A DNA stretch of 64,000 nt from Candidatus Hodarchaeota archaeon (GTDB lineage: Archaea; Asgardarchaeota; Lokiarchaeia; Sigyniarchaeales; SOKP01). The notes beneath the pieces are model-generated. The model had not been told where the DNA came from. It searched no databases and saw nothing but the letters and a program-made list of their open reading frames with translations. Where the stretch lies: NCBI GenBank assembly GCA_048887225.1, contig JBHLJY010000001.1, forward strand, positions 96,001 to 160,000, given 5' to 3'. A program made the position numbers and the translations under genes. The stretch's first letter is position 1, and each line of letters opens with the position of its first letter. Positions 1 through 9,478 of this stretch are shown one piece after another.

Positions 1-53
1 CTTAAGAGAAGCATTTGGGGAATACCGAAGCCTTCAGATTTTTTAGTATCTCC

Positions 54-1466
54 TTAATTTTTTATCTTTCTCGTATATTTTGAGATTTTTACTAATAAAG
101 GTAGAAATTCAAGCGGATCTCCAAATACGGGAACTTTTCTTTCAGATAGTTTTTTAAAAAGTCTCTCCCAATCTTCAGGACAATTAATTCGCTTTAGGAT
201 TGGAATTAATGGTTTTCTATGTTTATGACCTAAGGTTAGAGCCTCAATCATTTCATTTTCATAGGATTGATTTAATCTAGTTCTAAAAGATAAATCGCTA
301 TTAAAATAAAAACTCGGTAAATCTACTATCATTCCATCAATATTTCTGTCAGTTAACGCTAAATTAATAATATTATAAAAAGTTTCACTGTTGAAAACTT
401 GAGCAGAAACATCTAAAGGATTTTTTGAGCTTGTTCCAAGCGTATAAAAAAGTGATGTTATTTGATTTTGGATGTCAGGACTGAAAGGAGGAACTATCAT
501 ACCCGCTTTTTCAATTAGGTCAACCAATATTACTCCATAACCACCACTGCTGCTAATTACGGCTAAATTTTTTAGATCAAAAAGTCCATATAATTCTATT
601 AAATAGGCAAAAGATATTAATTGTTCAATAGAATCTAATTCAATAACATTATATTGCGTAAAAATAGCTTTCCATATATGATTCTCTCCAGAAATAGTTG
701 CAGTATGCGTTTTTGCGGCTATTGAACCAGTTTTAGTTTGCCCGCCTCTCACGATTGCTATAGGCTTTTTATTTTGTTTAAGAATTTTTTTTAACTCATT
801 TGCTCTCTCTGCCTTAATTCCCTCAATATAACAGATTATAATCTTGGTCTCGGGATCGTTGCTTAAAAAATAGAGTAAATCAACAAAATCTAAATCAGCA
901 CCGTTTCCGAAAGAAAATACTTTGCTAAAATGCATTCCTAACTGATTTCCACCATAAATTACTAAATTACATAATCCTCCAGATTGTGCTATAAATGAGA
1001 TATCACCGCTCTCAGCCGAAAATCTGGGTCTCCACGCAATACCTAATTTGGGATAATACAGACCTAATCCATTAGGACCTAGCAATCTAACTTTATTTTT
1101 AGCCCTTCTTAGTAATTTTTTCTCTAATTCTAAGCCCTCTTTTGTCCCCGAGTCTGAAAATTCTGCAGTAAAAACACTAGCTAGTTTTACGCCTTTTTCA
1201 ACGCATTCATCCATTACTTCTAAAGTTTTTGAGGGTGGAACGGCAATAAAAACAAAATCAACCTCACCAGGAATATCCCTTAATGAAGGATAAATAGAAT
1301 TTTTATCGAATTCAGGAATTTCTTTTATTAGCGGATTTACAGCATAGAGCTTTCCTTTAAAATTTTCTTGGTGATTTTTTAAAAAAAAGAATCCTCGTTT
1401 TTCTGAAGTACCGATAACGGCCATTGTTTTAATATCATTAATAAAAGAAATATCTTTTATATCCAT
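54..1466 (-). CDS. acdA: Acyl-CoA synthetase (ADP-forming) alpha subunit / CoA-binding protein
   Basis: N-terminal CoA-binding domain (MAVIGTS...YPSLRDIPGEVD), GPNGLG, AQSGG, SFGNGADL, phospho-His motif AKTHTATISG, NPLD. Confidence 0.85.
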   Translation of the reverse strand: MDIKDISFINDIKTMAVIGTSEKRGFFFLKNHQENFKGKLYAVNPLIKEIPEFDKNSIYPSLRDIPGEVDFVFIAVPPSKTLEVMDECVEKGVKLASVFTAEFSDSGTKEGLELEKKLLRRAKNKVRLLGPNGLGLYYPKLGIAWRPRFSAESGDISFIAQSGGLCNLVIYGGNQLGMHFSKVFSFGNGADLDFVDLLYFLSNDPETKIIICYIEGIKAERANELKKILKQNKKPIAIVRGGQTKTGSIAAKTHTATISGENHIWKAIFTQYNVIELDSIEQLISFAYLIELYGLFDLKNLAVISSSGGYGVILVDLIEKAGMIVPPFSPDIQNQITSLFYTLGTSSKNPLDVSAQVFNSETFYNIINLALTDRNIDGMIVDLPSFYFNSDLSFRTRLNQSYENEMIEALTLGHKHRKPLIPILKRINCPEDWERLFKKLSERKVPVFGDPLEFLPLLVKISKYTRKIKN

Positions 1467-1708
1467 GTCAGAAGGTTCAAAATACGTAATTTAAATTAAA
1501 ATCTAAATCATTAAATAATATTTAATAAGAAAAATAGTTAAAAAAATAAAAATCCCTCAGATTTAAGAGATTTTATCTATAAAATATGATAGACTATTTA
1601 TTAATACATAAAGATTTAATTATTTAATGTGCTTAACACATTAGGGTATAATTTGACCAAATTTATATAGCTTATATTAAGTTTAAAAAAATAGAATAAG
1701 GGATTCTC

Positions 1709-2224
1709 TTGACTGAAAATGATAAAAAAATGAAAAAAAGGTCCGAAAGGATGATCAAATTATTTAATGCTGTAAGAGGAAAAAATGTAGGTGAAGTTCC
1801 TGGACCTATTCCTCCTTTTTCAAAATGGTTAAATGGTTCAATTATTTACGTAAAAAGGGGTGAAATCGAGTTAGAGTTCGAAGTTAGGGGCGAATGGGCG
1901 AATCCAACAGGATTACTTCATGGAGGTATGCAGTGTGGATTGATGGATGATACAATTGGCATGATGACGGCAACTTTAGGGTATGAAGGTTTTTTAATAA
2001 CAATCGATTTTCACGTAGATTATCTAGGAAAAGTTAAAGTTGGCGAAAAAATTCGCGTGAAAGGAAAACTCGTTCGAGAAGGTCGAAATATTATTCATAC
2101 CGCATCAGAAATATATAATATGGACGGGAAATTGATTGCTTTGGGAAATGCTAACTTATTAAAAACCAAATTCACCCCTGAGTATGTTAAAGCAATTGAT
2201 AGATTTGATGAAAAGATTTTGTGA
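1709..2224 (+). CDS. PaaI-family (hotdog-fold) thioesterase
   Basis: NPTGLLHGG...DDTIG motif; 171 aa; TTG start. Confidence 0.9.
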   Translation: MTENDKKMKKRSERMIKLFNAVRGKNVGEVPGPIPPFSKWLNGSIIYVKRGEIELEFEVRGEWANPTGLLHGGMQCGLMDDTIGMMTATLGYEGFLITIDFHVDYLGKVKVGEKIRVKGKLVREGRNIIHTASEIYNMDGKLIALGNANLLKTKFTPEYVKAIDRFDEKIL

Positions 2225-2332
2225 AATTTGGGAAATTATCTTTACATTAATGAATTATCAAAATATTTAAAAAACTGAAGTATCTTAATTATTACGAAAC
2301 TCTAAGAAATTAAATATAAGGATTTTGAAATT

Positions 2333-3127
2333 TTGAGTTCTAACTATACTACTTATAGCGAGTCTGAAATCGTTAAAAAATTAACTTTAGGATCACATTT
2401 TTGTTATTTTTATAATAACAAATATGAATTAGTTAATTTCTTAATACCTTATTTTAAAACAGGCTTGGAAAATAATGAATTTTGCATTTGGATTATTTCA
2501 GAAGATTTAACTCCCGATTTTGCTATGAATGCCTTAAGAGAAGCTGTAATTGATTTTGACCACTATTTAGAAAAAGGGCAAATGAAGATTTTGCCTTATA
2601 CAAAATGGTATTTAAAAAGAGAAGTATTTAATCTTGAAAAAGTCATTGAAAAGGCGACATATTATCTTAATCATGCATTAACTAATGGATATAGTGGTTT
2701 AAGAGTAACAGGTGATATTCGTTGGTTAGATAAAAACGATTTAGATCGTTTCATTGATTACGAAATTTATGTAAATAATAGCATTGGAGATTATAAGATG
2801 ATAGCAATTTGTACTTATCCAATCAGTAAATTTAATAAATTTGAACTTTTAGACATTGCAAAATCTCATCAATTTGTACTTACTAAAAGCAATGGAAGTT
2901 ATAAAATAATTGAATATATTGATTCTAAAAGTATTAAAAAAGAGAAGGAGTTAATACAATCTAACATACAAAATATACAACATTTATTAAATTCAATCCA
3001 AGGATATGCTGAAGTTGCGATGATGAAAATAAAGAGAGATAATCCTACTTATAACTACTTAAAAAAAATAAATGCGTCTGCAGAATCAGCATCGGATTTA
3101 GCCAAAAAAATGCTTAGACATAAATAA
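2333..3127 (+). CDS. MEDS sensor-domain protein with a degenerate C-terminal HisKA-like helix pair
   Basis: GSHFCYFY, GLENNEFCIWI, GYSGLRVTGD, AICTYP, SHQFV are MEDS motifs; tail LLNSIQGYAE...LKKINASAESASDLAKKML resembles a kinase dimerisation domain. Confidence 0.8.
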   Translation: MSSNYTTYSESEIVKKLTLGSHFCYFYNNKYELVNFLIPYFKTGLENNEFCIWIISEDLTPDFAMNALREAVIDFDHYLEKGQMKILPYTKWYLKREVFNLEKVIEKATYYLNHALTNGYSGLRVTGDIRWLDKNDLDRFIDYEIYVNNSIGDYKMIAICTYPISKFNKFELLDIAKSHQFVLTKSNGSYKIIEYIDSKSIKKEKELIQSNIQNIQHLLNSIQGYAEVAMMKIKRDNPTYNYLKKINASAESASDLAKKMLRHK

Positions 3128-3369
3128 ATTTGTTTATTAAAATAAACGATGTCTTCAAGCCTCATTTACAAATGTGATGATGGATTTAGATAATTAGCCA
3201 ATTTCTTTTAAATTCTGTTTAATTAATTCTATAAAAAAGACAAAATTTGTAATAAATTTAAAATATTAAGTAAAAATCTTAAAATCTTTAGTAAAATATA
3301 TTTAATAATTATAAATTACAAAGTAAAAGATTTTAATATTAAAGAACAAATAATTGAGATTTCACAAAA

Positions 3370-4356
3370 ATGTTGACAAAAGAACAAGTTGATGACATCT
3401 TAAAAAATCACTGTGTCAATCTTCGTTTTCACGCAAGAGGTGGACAAGGAGGAGTAACAGCAAGTAACCTATGTGTTGAAGCATTTATCGGTTTTGGGGT
3501 TTGTCAACCAAAATTCGGAGCTGAACGTGCGGGATCTCCAACAGAAAGTTATGTAAGACTCAGCATGAATGAAGATCTTGTTCGTAGCAATGAGCAAGTT
3601 TATGTACCTCATTTTGTTTCAGTTTTAGACCCTTCTTTATTAACAGAAGTGGATGTCGCTGCTGGTGTACCCAAAGGAGGGTGGATTATAGTTAATACAG
3701 TAATGGATCAAGTAGCTATTCAAGAAATTGTTAAAAGGAAAGATTTGAACATAGCAACTATAGACGCTACAAGGATAGCCTTGGATGTGTTAGGTAGGAA
3801 TATCACAAACACTATAATTCTTGGTTCTTTAATACGAGTTTCTCAGCTTTTTACTTTCGAAGAATTATCTGATGCGATTATGAGAAGATTTAAAGGTGAA
3901 CTAGCTGGTAAAAATATTGCGGCTATTAAGCAGGCTTATGAGGAAACATGTCTATACGAGATTGGAATTGATCCAGATTTTACTTTAGATACTAAAGTTC
4001 CATGGTATCAAGTAAAACCAGGTTTACCAGGTTTTAAGGAAGTAGATAAGGCGGGAGTTTGGTATTGTGATGAAGATGCTATAGAAGTAGGTAGTGGACA
4101 AGTAAATACTGGCTCTTGGGGAGAATGGGAAATGATTTGGGATGAGGAAAAATGTACAGATTGCGCCCAATGCTGGTTTGTATGCCCAGATTTCACCATC
4201 CTAAGAGAGAAAGGTGAAGATGGATTGTGGCATATGGCAGGAATTGATATTTATCACTGTAAATCTTGCCAGAATTGTCTAAATATCTGCCCAGTGGATG
4301 CAATAAGTAAAAAATTAAAACAAGGTCCAGCAGCTTGTGCTGCGCCAGAAGATTAA
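3370..4356 (+). CDS. 2-oxoacid (pyruvate/ketoisovalerate-type):ferredoxin oxidoreductase, fused gamma-delta subunit
   Basis: ARGGQG, FGAERAGSP, IDATRIA (gamma), then NTGSW and two CxxCxxCxxxCP clusters (delta). Confidence 0.9.
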   Translation: MLTKEQVDDILKNHCVNLRFHARGGQGGVTASNLCVEAFIGFGVCQPKFGAERAGSPTESYVRLSMNEDLVRSNEQVYVPHFVSVLDPSLLTEVDVAAGVPKGGWIIVNTVMDQVAIQEIVKRKDLNIATIDATRIALDVLGRNITNTIILGSLIRVSQLFTFEELSDAIMRRFKGELAGKNIAAIKQAYEETCLYEIGIDPDFTLDTKVPWYQVKPGLPGFKEVDKAGVWYCDEDAIEVGSGQVNTGSWGEWEMIWDEEKCTDCAQCWFVCPDFTILREKGEDGLWHMAGIDIYHCKSCQNCLNICPVDAISKKLKQGPAACAAPED

Positions 4357-4371
4357 TGGAGGGATATTAAA

Positions 4372-5598
4372 ATGAGTATTGAACCAATGAGAATATTCTT
4401 TAAGGAGATTAAAGAGCCCGTTGAAACCACAATGATTGGAAATTATGCTGTTGCTGGAGGAGTTACCCAAACAGACCCAGATGTAATTTGTGCATTCCCC
4501 ATAACCCCACAGACTCAGAGCGTAGAAGGGTTGTCCGATGTAGTACATCATGGCAGATTAAAGGCAGCTTTTGTGAATGTTGAGTCAGAATTAGCAGCAA
4601 TTAGTTATTCTACAGCAGCTTGTGCAGCTGGGGCAAGAGCGTTTACGGCCACTGCGAGCCAAGGGTATTTATTGATGACTGAAGGTCTGCCAATAACAGT
4701 AGGTTGGAGACTGCCATTAACTATGATGATCAGTGCCAGAGCTTTCAATTCCCCAAACTTGAATATTTGGAATACTTGGGAATTTACTGAAGTTAATTCT
4801 GAACTTGGTTGGAATATAATCGTCTCGGAAAATGTTCAAGAAACTTACGACGCCGCAATTCTATCGGTAATGATCTCAGAAGATTCATTGTTTCCGACTA
4901 TTTTTGTTCATGATGGATTTATAATCAGTCACTCGGTCCAAAAGCTCTGGTTAACCCCTGATGAAATTGTTAGGAGATTAACTCCAAAGAAGGCAAGACA
5001 CCATATTAATCCCGAGAAACCTGGAACGTGGGGGGGCATTGTAACTCCTGATTTTTTCATGGAAGGCCGCAAAAACTTAGATGAAGCAAAAAAACCAGTT
5101 TTAAATATCATGAAAAATTGTTTCAAGGAATATACCTCTGCGACTGGGCGTGAATATAATCTAATCGAGACTTATAATTTAGATAATTCATCTAGAACCG
5201 CATTTCTTACCATGGGTTCAATGTGTGGGAACATAATTAGTTGGATGACCAACAATAGGGATGTTGGGCTTATTAAAGTACGAGCTTATCGCCCATTCCC
5301 CTATAAGGAATTACAAAAAATTGTTCAAGACCACAACATTGAAAAACTTATAATTTTAGAAAAATCAGATTCTTTGAATGGACTTTTACCACCATTTTCA
5401 ATGACTATTGCATCAGCATTATACCCTCTCAAAACGTTATTTAGAAGTTTTATTGTTGGTTTAGGAGGTCGAGATGTGACTCGAGATGAATTAGATATAG
5501 CTAAGAAAAAAATAGAGGCGATTTCGGATATGAAAGGACCGTTATATATGTATTTAGGTGTAAGAGAAACTAAAACTAAAGTTCATGGGGTGGATTAA
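4372..5598 (+). CDS. porA: 2-oxoacid:ferredoxin oxidoreductase alpha subunit
   Basis: AFPITPQT, VESE, TATASQG, DGFIISH, YRPFP, GLGGRD; RBS GGAGG upstream. Confidence 0.92.
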   Translation: MSIEPMRIFFKEIKEPVETTMIGNYAVAGGVTQTDPDVICAFPITPQTQSVEGLSDVVHHGRLKAAFVNVESELAAISYSTAACAAGARAFTATASQGYLLMTEGLPITVGWRLPLTMMISARAFNSPNLNIWNTWEFTEVNSELGWNIIVSENVQETYDAAILSVMISEDSLFPTIFVHDGFIISHSVQKLWLTPDEIVRRLTPKKARHHINPEKPGTWGGIVTPDFFMEGRKNLDEAKKPVLNIMKNCFKEYTSATGREYNLIETYNLDNSSRTAFLTMGSMCGNIISWMTNNRDVGLIKVRAYRPFPYKELQKIVQDHNIEKLIILEKSDSLNGLLPPFSMTIASALYPLKTLFRSFIVGLGGRDVTRDELDIAKKKIEAISDMKGPLYMYLGVRETKTKVHGVD

Positions 5599-5602
5599 AA
5601 AA

Positions 5603-6691
5603 ATGTCAGAACCAGAGAGAAATGTTCTAAAAGTTGATGATATATTAACCAGATCAGGAAAGGCTAATGTGCTGTTCCTAAATTACGATAACGAGGCATT
5701 TATGAATACAGGTATTCAAGAAAGTGGAGGAACTCCCCCATATGCATCAACTACAACTGGGCCTGCGGGTGAAAAAATACCTGGAAAAGTAGGAGTGAAA
5801 CAGGATTTAGTAACTCCATTTGCATTTTATGGTTCAAATTCTCTATTTTTAGCAACTGTAAATCCTGCCTATCCCAACGATTTTATGGGAAAAATAATTG
5901 AGGCAATGAAAACAAATGGTTCTGCATTTATTCAAGCATATTCAGATTGTATGAGAGGTTGGCGTCATTCAGCAGAAAATGCTGCAAAAATCTCAAAATT
6001 AGCAACAGATTGTGGATATTGGCCCCTTTATACTATTCGAGTGAATGATGGAATTCCTACATTTTCTTATTATAGGGGATTAGATATTGATAAGGATAAA
6101 TTTGTAGAATATCTGAAATCTATGGGTCGATTTAGACATCTATTTAAGCCAATATTTAGAGAAAAAGAAATTGATGAGATTATTTATTTTACTGAACAAC
6201 GAAACAAGAAGTTAAAAGGTTTAATTGAACAATTTGGTGCGGAAAAACCCGTAGATATCTACAGATTAAATAGAAAAGCACTAGAACCTCAAAAACATCT
6301 ACAACAAGGTCACGGGCTATGCCCTGGTTGTGGTGCTGGAATGTTTTTAAATCAACTAGCAACAGCAGCTCAATTAGTTGCTGGGAACAACGTAATTTAT
6401 GTAAATAATACCAGTTGCACCGAAGTCTCTACTTCAAAGGATTTTGTTACCTCGTGGACGGTACCGTGGGTTCACCATCTCTTCGAATCTGGGGCAACCA
6501 TCGCAGAAGCAATAAGTACTGCTTATAAAATCCGTAAAGCAAAGGATGATTATAATGGAGAAGTTCCTTATGTAATACATATAGGCGGTGATGGCTCAAC
6601 ATATGATATCGGATTTCAATTTCTTAAAGCAGCATTAGTAAGAACGAGCACAATGGTAGAAATGCATGAATATTTAAAAGATCAGAAATAA
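5603..6691 (+). CDS. porB: 2-oxoacid:ferredoxin oxidoreductase beta subunit, circularly permuted
   Basis: YDNEAFMNTGIQ at the N-terminus; GHGLCPGCG, NTSC and GGDGSTYDIG in the C-terminal third. Start at ATG 5603 (RBS GGGGTGGA) or at in-frame ATG 5585. Confidence 0.9.
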   Translation: MSEPERNVLKVDDILTRSGKANVLFLNYDNEAFMNTGIQESGGTPPYASTTTGPAGEKIPGKVGVKQDLVTPFAFYGSNSLFLATVNPAYPNDFMGKIIEAMKTNGSAFIQAYSDCMRGWRHSAENAAKISKLATDCGYWPLYTIRVNDGIPTFSYYRGLDIDKDKFVEYLKSMGRFRHLFKPIFREKEIDEIIYFTEQRNKKLKGLIEQFGAEKPVDIYRLNRKALEPQKHLQQGHGLCPGCGAGMFLNQLATAAQLVAGNNVIYVNNTSCTEVSTSKDFVTSWTVPWVHHLFESGATIAEAISTAYKIRKAKDDYNGEVPYVIHIGGDGSTYDIGFQFLKAALVRTSTMVEMHEYLKDQK

Positions 6692-6702
6692 TTTTTTTTT
6701 TT
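6692..6702 (+). terminator. Oligo-T archaeal terminator after the por operon
   Basis: Run of 11 T immediately after the porB stop codon. Confidence 0.5.
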
Positions 6703-6719
6703 AACATCTTATTTTCTTT

Positions 6720-7481
6720 ATGCCTATCTATGTTGAAAAAAATTATCCAGTTTTTACCGTAATTATTGATAATCCCGATGTGAAAAATGCAGTCGATGGA
6801 CCAACAGCCCAAGAATTGGGGGATGAGTTCCGAAATTTCGAAAAAGACGAAAATGCATTAGTCGCTGTTTTATGGGGAGCTAATGGAACATTTTGTGCGG
6901 GGGCTAATTTAAAGGCTATCGCTGAAGGACACGGTAATAGGGTAGATTCTAGAGGAGATGGTCCAATGGGACCTTCTAGAATGGTTCTTTCCAAACCGGT
7001 TATTGCGGCAGTGGCAGGATATGCTGTAGCAGGAGGTTTAGAACTTGCTTTATGGTGCGATATGAGGATTGTTGAAAAAAGTGCAATTTTTGGGGTTTTT
7101 TGTCGACGTTTTGGAGTCCCTCTTATTGATGGTGGAACTGTTCGTCTTCCCAGATTAATAGGTCTGAGCAGAGCAATGGATATGATACTTACAGGACGCC
7201 CTATCTCTGCTAAAGAAGCACTCGAATGGGGTCTCGCAAATCGAGTAGTTGAAGATGGTACGTCAAGAGAAAATGCTGAAGAATTGGCTCGAAATATCGC
7301 ATCATTTCCCAAGATTTGTATGCGCAATGATAGATTGTCTGCTTATGAACAATTTGGGATGAATCTTAAGGATGCGATGGCTAATGAATTCGAATGGGGC
7401 TTAAAGACCTTGGCAAGTGGAGAATATTTGATGGGAAGCGATGCTTTTACTCAGGGAAAAGGAAAACATGGAAAATTCTAA
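6720..7481 (+). CDS. Enoyl-CoA hydratase/isomerase (crotonase family)
   Basis: FCAGANL, KPVIAAVAGYAVAGGLELALWCD, GVPLIDGGTVRLPRLIG. Confidence 0.93.
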   Translation: MPIYVEKNYPVFTVIIDNPDVKNAVDGPTAQELGDEFRNFEKDENALVAVLWGANGTFCAGANLKAIAEGHGNRVDSRGDGPMGPSRMVLSKPVIAAVAGYAVAGGLELALWCDMRIVEKSAIFGVFCRRFGVPLIDGGTVRLPRLIGLSRAMDMILTGRPISAKEALEWGLANRVVEDGTSRENAEELARNIASFPKICMRNDRLSAYEQFGMNLKDAMANEFEWGLKTLASGEYLMGSDAFTQGKGKHGKF

Positions 7482-7512
7482 AAGAAAAATTTTGAAGCTA
7501 AAAGTGATTTCA

Positions 7513-9018
7513 ATGAGCGAAAAGATGAATGTATTATTAATTATATCTGATCAACACCGTGCTGATCATATGAGCTGCGCAGGCAATCCAGATGTAAAAA
7601 CTCCAAATCTTGATGCGCTTGCTAATGATTCTGTGAGATTTACAAGTGCCTTCTGTACCAATCCCATGTGTATGCCTAATAGAGCAACAATATTTACAGG
7701 GCTCTATCCTAATGCACATGGCGTTCGGTCGAATGGTATAAACCTTTCTGATCAATTTCCAACTTTTGTTGCTACTTTAAGAGACAGAGGTTATATTACT
7801 TCAAGTATCGGAAAGATACACCTGCAGTTCTTTGCCCCTCCCTTTAGAATAAGGACAAAATCAGCAGAGGCAATTCACGATTGGCTTGAGAATCCTAAGG
7901 CCATGAAAGAAAACTTCCCTAAACCGTATTATGGTCTCGATAATGTGGAAATTGTGTGCGGGCACGGTGATTTATGCACTGGACATTACACAGACTGGTT
8001 GGAGGAGCGTGCCCCAGAATATCTTGAAAAAATTAAAAGAGGATTTAATAATTTTTTTAGCCTGCCGTTTTATGATACTGATATACCAGAAGAACTATAT
8101 AATACTACATATGTTGAGGAGAGAACGATTAATTTTCTTGAAAAATATGTGAAAGGTGATTTTGGAGATAAACCATTCTTTATGCATTGTTCTTTTCCAG
8201 ATCCTCATCACCCTGTCACTCCTCCAGGAAAGTATAAAGATATGTATGATCCCGAAAAGATTTCAATACCAGAAAGCTTTTATCATAGAGATGAATTAAA
8301 AAATCATCCATATATTGGTCCGGCTTGGAAAAATCCGATTTTTAGAGGAGCATTGCTTCGCTATTCTACAGAGGGGGAGGTGAGAAAATTCCTTGCTGGT
8401 ACTTACGGGATGATTTCTATGATGGATCATAGCATTGGTAAAATCTTAGCTTCTTTAGAGGCACTAGGATTATCCAAGAACACGATTGTTGTTTATACAA
8501 GCGATCACGGAGATTTTTGTGGTGATCATGGAATGATTCTTAAAGGACCTTCACCTTTTAATGGAATATTGCAAGTTCCTATGATTTGGAAGGTGCCAGC
8601 TGTAACCAAACCTTCTACTACTGATGCTTTAATGAGTTCTGTAGACATACCAATGACAATTTTAAAATTGTTAGGAATTAAAGAAAGATATTTTCCTCCA
8701 CAAATGCAAGGTGTTGAGATAACACCCGTGTTAAATGATCCTAATATAGATGTTCGGGATTCTTGTTTAGTAGAACACGACGAAGATGTAAAATCTTCTA
8801 TAACCAGGTTAAGACATCTAATAACTAAAGACCACAAGTTAACTCTCTATCAAAATCTGGAAAGTTATGGTGATATTTATGATAGAAAAAACGATCCTCA
8901 TGAGTTGAATAATTTATGGGATAAAGATAAAGAACTTAGAAATAAGTTAATTTATAAATTATGCATGGAAAATATTAAAGCTCAGAGCCATTTACCACAG
9001 AGAGTATCTCTAACATAA
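7513..9018 (+). CDS. Formylglycine-dependent sulfatase
   Basis: ISDQHR, CMPNRA (CxPxR), GKIH, DPHHP, SDHG; likely start ATG 7513 rather than 7441. Confidence 0.92.
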   Translation: MSEKMNVLLIISDQHRADHMSCAGNPDVKTPNLDALANDSVRFTSAFCTNPMCMPNRATIFTGLYPNAHGVRSNGINLSDQFPTFVATLRDRGYITSSIGKIHLQFFAPPFRIRTKSAEAIHDWLENPKAMKENFPKPYYGLDNVEIVCGHGDLCTGHYTDWLEERAPEYLEKIKRGFNNFFSLPFYDTDIPEELYNTTYVEERTINFLEKYVKGDFGDKPFFMHCSFPDPHHPVTPPGKYKDMYDPEKISIPESFYHRDELKNHPYIGPAWKNPIFRGALLRYSTEGEVRKFLAGTYGMISMMDHSIGKILASLEALGLSKNTIVVYTSDHGDFCGDHGMILKGPSPFNGILQVPMIWKVPAVTKPSTTDALMSSVDIPMTILKLLGIKERYFPPQMQGVEITPVLNDPNIDVRDSCLVEHDEDVKSSITRLRHLITKDHKLTLYQNLESYGDIYDRKNDPHELNNLWDKDKELRNKLIYKLCMENIKAQSHLPQRVSLT

Positions 9019-9068
9019 TTTTTATTTTTTTTTATTTATTCTTAATTATTATAAATCAAGGTGAAATT

Positions 9069-9473
9069 ATGATAACTTTCGAAGAATTAAGAGTGAAAAC
9101 TCCAAAAAGAGAAGTTCTTGTAAATATTACTAGTGAGATTAATGATATTGTAAGAAACAATAATATTAAAGAAGGCGTTTGTCGAATTTTTGTTCCACAT
9201 ACTACCGCGGGAATTACTATCAATGAAAATGCGGACCCAGCTGTAATGAAAGATATAATAAATTATTTGAATAAATTAATACCACAGAGAGAAAGTTATT
9301 CTCATATGGAGGGAAATAGTGATGCGCATATAAAGTCTTCCTTAACTGGCCCCTCTTTAGATGTTATTGTTCACAATGGTAAATTGGTATTAGGAACTTG
9401 GCAAGGTATTATGTTTGCAGAATATGACGGCCCCCGCCATAGAAAAATATATGTACAAGTTCAAGGGGAATAA
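9069..9473 (+). CDS. yjbQ: YjbQ/UPF0047 family protein
   Basis: VPHTTAGITINENADP, NSDAHIKS, LGTWQGI..EYDGPR; RBS GGTGA. Confidence 0.93.
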   Translation: MITFEELRVKTPKREVLVNITSEINDIVRNNNIKEGVCRIFVPHTTAGITINENADPAVMKDIINYLNKLIPQRESYSHMEGNSDAHIKSSLTGPSLDVIVHNGKLVLGTWQGIMFAEYDGPRHRKIYVQVQGE

Positions 9474-9478
9474 AATAA

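Noticed and set aside
3174-3235. GTGATGA resembling a C box of a C/D sRNA
   Set aside because: No CTGA D box or terminal stem at a suitable distance.
6743-7327. 194-aa ORF antisense to the crotonase gene
   Set aside because: Fully nested shadow frame of a well-supported gene; no recognisable protein features.
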